A stretch of 64,000 bases of DNA. Source: Chloroflexota bacterium (lineage in GTDB: Bacteria > Chloroflexota > Anaerolineae > Anaerolineales > E44-bin32). Positions 59,630 to 64,000 of the stretch are shown in pieces (the first letter of the stretch is position 1; each line of letters opens with the position of its first letter). The stretch covers positions 13,135-77,134 of the forward strand of contig JADFRG010000010.1 in NCBI GenBank assembly GCA_022561385.1, in the 5' to 3' direction. The notes beneath the pieces were generated by a model. It made no database searches. It was not told where the DNA came from and was given only the letters and a program-made list of their open reading frames with translations. A program made the position numbers and the translations under genes.

Positions 59630-59710
59630 AATCCAAGGTCGATCTGGTTAATGATAGGTGCATAATCACGCGTAGGCCAATTGGCCGATAAACCGAATGG
59701 TGAGGGATAA

Positions 59711-60889
59711 ATGCCGAATTATAAGTATTTGATCGTCGGCGGCGGCATGACCGCCGATGCTGCTGTTCGAGGGATTCGCGCCGTCGATCCCGAAGGCTCT
59801 CTGGGATTGATTGGCGCTGAGGTAGACCCCCCATACAATCGACCGCCCCTCTCGAAGGGGCTCTGGAAGGGCAAGGATATCGACAGCATCTGGCGTGGCA
59901 CCCAGGATCAAACCGTCGAATTACATCTGGGCCGAAAAATCGAAAAAGTCGATCGAGAAGCCAGGAAGGTGATCGACGATCAGGGTACGGAATACGGCTA
60001 CGAGAAGCTGCTCCTGGCAACCGGAGGGCGCCCCCGCCGCCTTCCGTTCGGAGATGACCTTGTTATGTACTATCGAAAGGTGGAGGACTACCGCCGTTTG
60101 CAGGCGCTGACGCAGTCCGAGGCCAAGTTTGCGGTCATCGGTGGAGGTTTCATCGGCTCGGAAGTTGCGGCCGCGCTGGCGATGAACAACCAAAACGTGA
60201 CGATGATTTTTCCGGAGGCGGGCGTAGGCGCACTCCAGTTTCCGGCGGATCTCAGCGCGTTCCTCAACGAGTACTACGAGGGCAACGGAGTGACCGTGAT
60301 TTCGGGCGCAACCGTCGAGGCGATTGAGAGCGGACATGGGCACGTGCACGTCGTGACCGGTGCGGGCGTAGTTCACGTCGACGCGGTCGTGGCCGGGATC
60401 GGGATTCAGCCCAACACCGCGCTCGCAGAGGCCGCCGGGCTGGAGGTGGAGGATGGCGTGGTGGTCCAGCCTACACTGCAGACCAACGACCCGGATGTTT
60501 ATGCCGCCGGGGACGTGGCTCGTTTTTACAATCCGGCGCTGGATCGAAAGATGCGCGTTGAGCACGAAGACAACGCCAACACCATGGGCGAGATGGCCGG
60601 CAGATCTATGGCCGGGGAACCAATCAATTACGACCATTTGCCCTACTTCTATTCCGATTTGTTCGATCTCGGCTACGAAGCGGTGGGAGATATCAATCCG
60701 GAGCTCGAGATTGTTTCGGACTGGGCCGAGCCGTTCAAGAAAGGGTTGGTCTACTACCTTGAGAAAGGACGCGTTCGCGGGGTGCTGCTCTGGGACGTGT
60801 GGGGCAAGGTGGATGAGGCCCGCGCGCTGATCGCGGAGGCCGGCCCGTTCACCAAAGACGATCTCGCGGGAAGAATCACGCCAGATTAG
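59711..60889 (+). CDS. FAD/NAD(P)-dependent pyridine nucleotide-disulfide oxidoreductase (ferredoxin reductase/AIF-like)
   Basis: 392 aa with two dinucleotide motifs (YLIVGGGMTADAA and FAVIGGGFIGSEVA) and the AAGDVA motif. Confidence 0.85.
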   Translation: MPNYKYLIVGGGMTADAAVRGIRAVDPEGSLGLIGAEVDPPYNRPPLSKGLWKGKDIDSIWRGTQDQTVELHLGRKIEKVDREARKVIDDQGTEYGYEKLLLATGGRPRRLPFGDDLVMYYRKVEDYRRLQALTQSEAKFAVIGGGFIGSEVAAALAMNNQNVTMIFPEAGVGALQFPADLSAFLNEYYEGNGVTVISGATVEAIESGHGHVHVVTGAGVVHVDAVVAGIGIQPNTALAEAAGLEVEDGVVVQPTLQTNDPDVYAAGDVARFYNPALDRKMRVEHEDNANTMGEMAGRSMAGEPINYDHLPYFYSDLFDLGYEAVGDINPELEIVSDWAEPFKKGLVYYLEKGRVRGVLLWDVWGKVDEARALIAEAGPFTKDDLAGRITPD

Positions 60890-60965
60890 ATCGGGAAGAA
60901 CGAAGCGACAAAACATGAAATGACAAAATCAATCGCGGCTAGCTAGAAGCGAGAAGGAAGGCTTG

Positions 60966-61997
60966 ATGAGAGACATTCTCGACGACCTCACACGGTGGAG
61001 TGAGCAGGGCACGGACATCGCGCTGGCGACGGTGGTCCAGACTTGGGGATCTTCGCCGAGGCAGGAGGGGGCCAAAATGGCGATCAACGCGCAAGGCGAG
61101 ATCGCAGGGTCCGTAAGCGGAGGCTGCGTGGAGTCGGCGGTGGCGGAGGCCGCGCAGCAAGTGCTGGAAAGCGGCTCGCCCCAGTTGCTTCACTTCGGAG
61201 TCGCCGACGAAACCGCATGGAGCGTCGGATTGGCCTGCGGCGGCAGCGTCGACGTTTTTGTTGAACGGATGGATCCAGAGCAATTCGAATTTATTAAGGC
61301 TCTTCTAATTAAGGAAGAGCCGGCCGCGAGCGTGACCATTGTCCGCGGTCCGGAGTCCGTCGTAGGGCGCAAGCTCACGCTCAGCATGCGCGATCCGAGC
61401 ACACGTTTCGGCAGCCTGGACTCCGGGTCGGACGACCAATCCGTCGAGCTGGCCATGCAGGTGGCCGAGCCGAGCCTTCAAGAACTGGCCGCCGAGGGCC
61501 TAACGGCCTTCGTGGACATCATGCCGCCCCCTCCGACACTGGTCGTCGTTGGGGGAAACCAAATTGCCATTTCACTTGCCAAGCTGGCCAAGACGCTGGA
61601 CATGCGTACCGTGATCGTGGATCCGCGTCGAGCGTTCGCCACCAAAGAGCGCTTCCCTGAGGTCGATCAGCTTATTCAAGCCTGGCCTTCTGAGGCATTT
61701 GAAAACATCCCACTGACCCGTTCTACCGCGGTGGTCATGCTCACCCATGATCCGAAGATCGACCAGCCGGCCCTGGAGCTTGCGTTGACTTCGGAGGCAT
61801 ATTATGTCGGGGCGTTGGGAAGCAAAAAGACTCAGGCCAAGCGCCGCGCGCGGCTCAAAGAGAGTGGCCTCAGCGAGGCGAATCTGGATCGCCTTCATGG
61901 TCCGGTGGGCCTGGAATTAGGTGCCGACACACCGGATGAGATCGCACTTTCGATCATAGCGGAGATCGTGGCGTTACGTCATTCCGACAACGGATGA
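60966..61997 (+). CDS. XdhC/CoxI-family molybdenum-cofactor insertion/maturation protein
   Basis: It has the N-terminal XdhC_CoxI pattern (ALATVVQTWGSSPRQEGAKMAI...GSVSGGCVE) and a C-terminal Rossmann-like domain (LVVVGGNQIA). ATG 60966 is preceded by GAAGGAAGG; the ORF-track start at 60963 is TTG. Confidence 0.85.
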   Translation: MRDILDDLTRWSEQGTDIALATVVQTWGSSPRQEGAKMAINAQGEIAGSVSGGCVESAVAEAAQQVLESGSPQLLHFGVADETAWSVGLACGGSVDVFVERMDPEQFEFIKALLIKEEPAASVTIVRGPESVVGRKLTLSMRDPSTRFGSLDSGSDDQSVELAMQVAEPSLQELAAEGLTAFVDIMPPPPTLVVVGGNQIAISLAKLAKTLDMRTVIVDPRRAFATKERFPEVDQLIQAWPSEAFENIPLTRSTAVVMLTHDPKIDQPALELALTSEAYYVGALGSKKTQAKRRARLKESGLSEANLDRLHGPVGLELGADTPDEIALSIIAEIVALRHSDNG

Positions 61998-62328
61998 TCG
62001 ACCGGGCTTCACGGGGCGTGCCGCCTGCTCCACCCTACCTAGCAGCCAAGAGGATCTAAATTGGCCACGGGCCTGATGAATTCTGGCGGGCCCGGGGAAG
62101 TTTGCGGAAGCGCGCCTTCCATGTGGGACATAGGGATCCCGCGGCGAACGAGGCGGATTTCGATCTGGGTCCTCAGCGCACTTCAGACCTACCTTCAAGA
62201 CAGGCACGCTCGGCTAACGGAGGTGACCTGAGGAGTCCTTTCGTAGGCCGTTTTTGGCAGTTCCCCTCTCACTAGCGATCTCGTTCTCGCGTTGGTCCGC
62301 ATGACAACTTTCGGTATCATTCCCTTCT

Positions 62329-64000
62329 ATGGAAGATCTAACCGGTAAGCAGCTGGGCCGATATCAGGTCATCTCTCCCGTTGGCGAGGGAGGGATGGCG
62401 GCCGTGTATAAGGCCTATCAGCCCGGGATGGATCGTTACGTTGCACTAAAAATTCTTCCTCAGCAATACGCGCGTGACGCGGAGTTTACTGGCCGGTTTG
62501 AGCAAGAAGCCAAGGTTATTGCTAAGTTGCAGCATCCGCACATCTTGCCGGTCCACGACTATGGTGAGGCGGATGACTACACCTACATCGTCATGCCGCT
62601 GGTGGAAACCGGCACACTGGCGGATCTCCTGCTGGGCGAGAAACCGATGCCCCTGCAGCGTATTCGAATCATCATCTCACAGCTGGGGGACGCGCTCGAC
62701 TATGCCCACTCGCAGGGCCTGATCCACCGGGACGTAAAACCCAGCAACGTGCTGATCGACAAGCGCGGCAACTGCCTGCTCACCGATTTTGGCATCGCCA
62801 AGATGGTGGGAGGCACCAAACACTTCACGCAGACCGGGGGCATCGTCGGCACCCCCCACTACATGTCGCCCGAACAGGGCGGCGGCGATCCGCTCACGCG
62901 ACAAAGCGATATCTACTCGCTTGGAGTGCTGCTCTACGAGATGGTAACCGGACGCGTGCCGTTCGATGCCGAGACCCCCATGGCGGTGGTGATCAAACAC
63001 ATGACCGATCCGCCGCCACCTCCCAGCAAGCTCAATCCGGACACGAGCCCTGCACTGGAAAGTGTGATCCTGAAAGCGATGGCCAAGCGGCCCGAGGATC
63101 GTTATGAATCGGCAGCCGCCATGGTGCGCGCGGTGCGGCTGGCAATACCCGAGTCCGAATTTATTCGCGAGCCGAGCCAGGTCGGCACCGTGCCCACGGA
63201 AGATCTGGCCCGGGCGGAGGCTGCGGCAAGGGAAAGCGCGACGGATCGGCCTTCCCAATCGACCACCGCGCGTCGGGTTGCGCCGTGGTTATTGGGGGCG
63301 GGCGCCCTGGTAGTGCTGGGAACCTGTGCGGTAGGCATCTTTGTCATCGCAGGACTGGCCTCCCGCGCGAGCTCGGCCGCTGCCACGGAGCAGGCGCTTC
63401 CGACCGCACCCGCTTTAATAACGACCGCGCCGCTTGCTATTGCGCCTCCACCTGCCACCGCCTCGCCCCAGCTATCATCCAGCCCGACACCGGGCGGTGA
63501 CCCACCGGCCGGGAGCCGTATCATGACCGCTTTGCGGGAATCGTCTCCGGCCGATCTCCCCTCTGCGCGCTGGCCTCAGACAATTGCTGACAACTTCGAT
63601 TCGAATGTCAACCAATGGAATCCCTTCAGCGAGCTTGCGGACGAATTTGGCTCACGTAGCTTCACCTTCCGTAACGGTAAATATTATTGGGAGGTGATGC
63701 CTGCCGACAACCTAAGCGTACACGACACCCCCGAGATGAACCCGATATCCGACTTTTCGGTGTCCGTTGACGCACAACAACTGCGCGGTTCTCAGGAGGC
63801 AGATTTTGGAATTGTCTTCCGGGAGACCGCGGCCGACACTTTTTACAACTTCAATATTGACAGCCGGCAGAACTACTGGTTCAGCATGAACAATGGGGGC
63901 GAATGGACCACTTTGATCGAGCTGACCCCCTCTGCTGCGATTCGACCGAACGCCTTCAACCGACTCACGGTGACCGCCATCGACGGCCGCTTCTACTTCT
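62329..64000 (+). CDS. Membrane Ser/Thr protein kinase (Hanks-type), 3' end beyond the window
   Basis: This gene is not in the ORF track because it has no stop in the window. My translation from ATG 62329 is MEDLTGKQLGRYQVISPVGEGGMAAVYKA...HRDVKPSNVL...DFGIAK...GTPHYMSPE. One TM segment (WLLGAGALVVLGTCAVGIFVIAGL) follows, then a Pro/Ala linker and a beta-rich extracytoplasmic domain. Confidence 0.9.
   Translation, partial: MEDLTGKQLGRYQVISPVGEGGMAAVYKAYQPGMDRYVALKILPQQYARDAEFTGRFEQEAKVIAKLQHPHILPVHDYGEADDYTYIVMPLVETGTLADLLLGEKPMPLQRIRIIISQLGDALDYAHSQGLIHRDVKPSNVLIDKRGNCLLTDFGIAKMVGGTKHFTQTGGIVGTPHYMSPEQGGGDPLTRQSDIYSLGVLLYEMVTGRVPFDAETPMAVVIKHMTDPPPPPSKLNPDTSPALESVILKAMAKRPEDRYESAAAMVRAVRLAIPESEFIREPSQVGTVPTEDLARAEAAARESATDRPSQSTTARRVAPWLLGAGALVVLGTCAVGIFVIAGLASRASSAAATEQALPTAPALITTAPLAIAPPPATASPQLSSSPTPGGDPPAGSRIMTALRESSPADLPSARWPQTIADNFDSNVNQWNPFSELADEFGSRSFTFRNGKYYWEVMPADNLSVHDTPEMNPISDFSVSVDAQQLRGSQEADFGIVFRETAADTFYNFNIDSRQNYWFSMNNGGEWTTLIELTPSAAIRPNAFNRLTVTAIDGRFYF

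Noticed and set aside
59921-60916. 331-aa ORF on the minus strand.
   Set aside because: It is antisense to the FAD oxidoreductase gene, which has two clear dinucleotide-binding motifs. The antisense product shows no family features.
1-64000. Search for mobile elements, prophage genes, integrases, CRISPR arrays, rRNA and tRNA.
   Set aside because: None were recognised on either strand. The only signs of past rearrangement are the short duplicated gene ends and the pseudogenes reported above.

Overview
This is a GC-rich bacterial chromosomal window. I found no rRNA, tRNA, CRISPR array, transposase or integrase. Gene content and order are loosely reminiscent of Chloroflexota-like genomes, but the taxon cannot be fixed from this window.

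Layout:
- (i) 0-2.3 kb: a pentapeptide-repeat protein and an EamA transporter. An orphan 75-bp copy of the EamA 3' end sits at the window edge.
- (ii) 2.4-19.8 kb: an accessory catabolic locus, mostly on the minus strand. It holds an Opp/Dpp-type ABC importer (family-5 binding protein, two permeases, fused double ATPase), three Gfo/Idh/MocA oxidoreductases in that run plus a fourth in the adjacent SDR epimerase/oxidoreductase pair, and two paralogous PHP-domain metallohydrolases, one carrying an in-frame TAG. A divergent GH13 alpha-glucosidase and the SDR epimerase/oxidoreductase pair complete it. No regulator gene is visible.
- (iii) 20-23.3 kb: decayed genes (a HigA-like remnant and an iron alcohol dehydrogenase pseudogene), a lipoprotein and CarD.
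- (iv) 23.4-48.3 kb: an amino-acid biosynthesis supercluster. It comprises aroH; then aroF-tyrA-aroA-aroE-aroC-aroK/B-aroQ; then lysC-asd; and on the minus strand ilvD-ilvB-ilvN-ilvC-leuA-leuC-leuD-cimA-leuB-ilvE-pheA.
- (v) 48.5-54 kb: an S9-type hydrolase, three membrane proteins, a HAD hydrolase, a CDGSH iron-sulfur protein and a PaaI thioesterase.
- (vi) 54-62 kb: an NAD-linked formate dehydrogenase module (fused NuoE/NuoF-like subunit, FdhD, alpha subunit split into Fe-S and molybdopterin polypeptides), an FAD oxidoreductase and XdhC.
- (vii) 62.3 kb to the window end: a membrane Ser/Thr kinase, partial.

The most interesting signal is absent from the ORF track because the ORFs are too short. 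All three biosynthetic transcription units are preceded by the same arrangement: promoter-like hexamers, a short ORF enriched in codons for that unit's own end products, then 22-33 nt, then a hairpin with a U-run just before the first gene.
- aro operon: MIRTSWRSFGYYYFGG...
- ilv/leu operon: MSIVSFLIISLVIISELLVLI...
- lysC-asd (weaker): a Thr/Met-rich peptide.

These look like classical ribosome-mediated attenuators.

Other points worth a look:
- fdhD has no canonical start codon and appears to use ATA behind a strong SD.
- An in-frame, diverged duplicate of a hydrolase C-terminus lies just after that gene's stop codon.
- Several single-lesion or multi-lesion pseudogenes are present.
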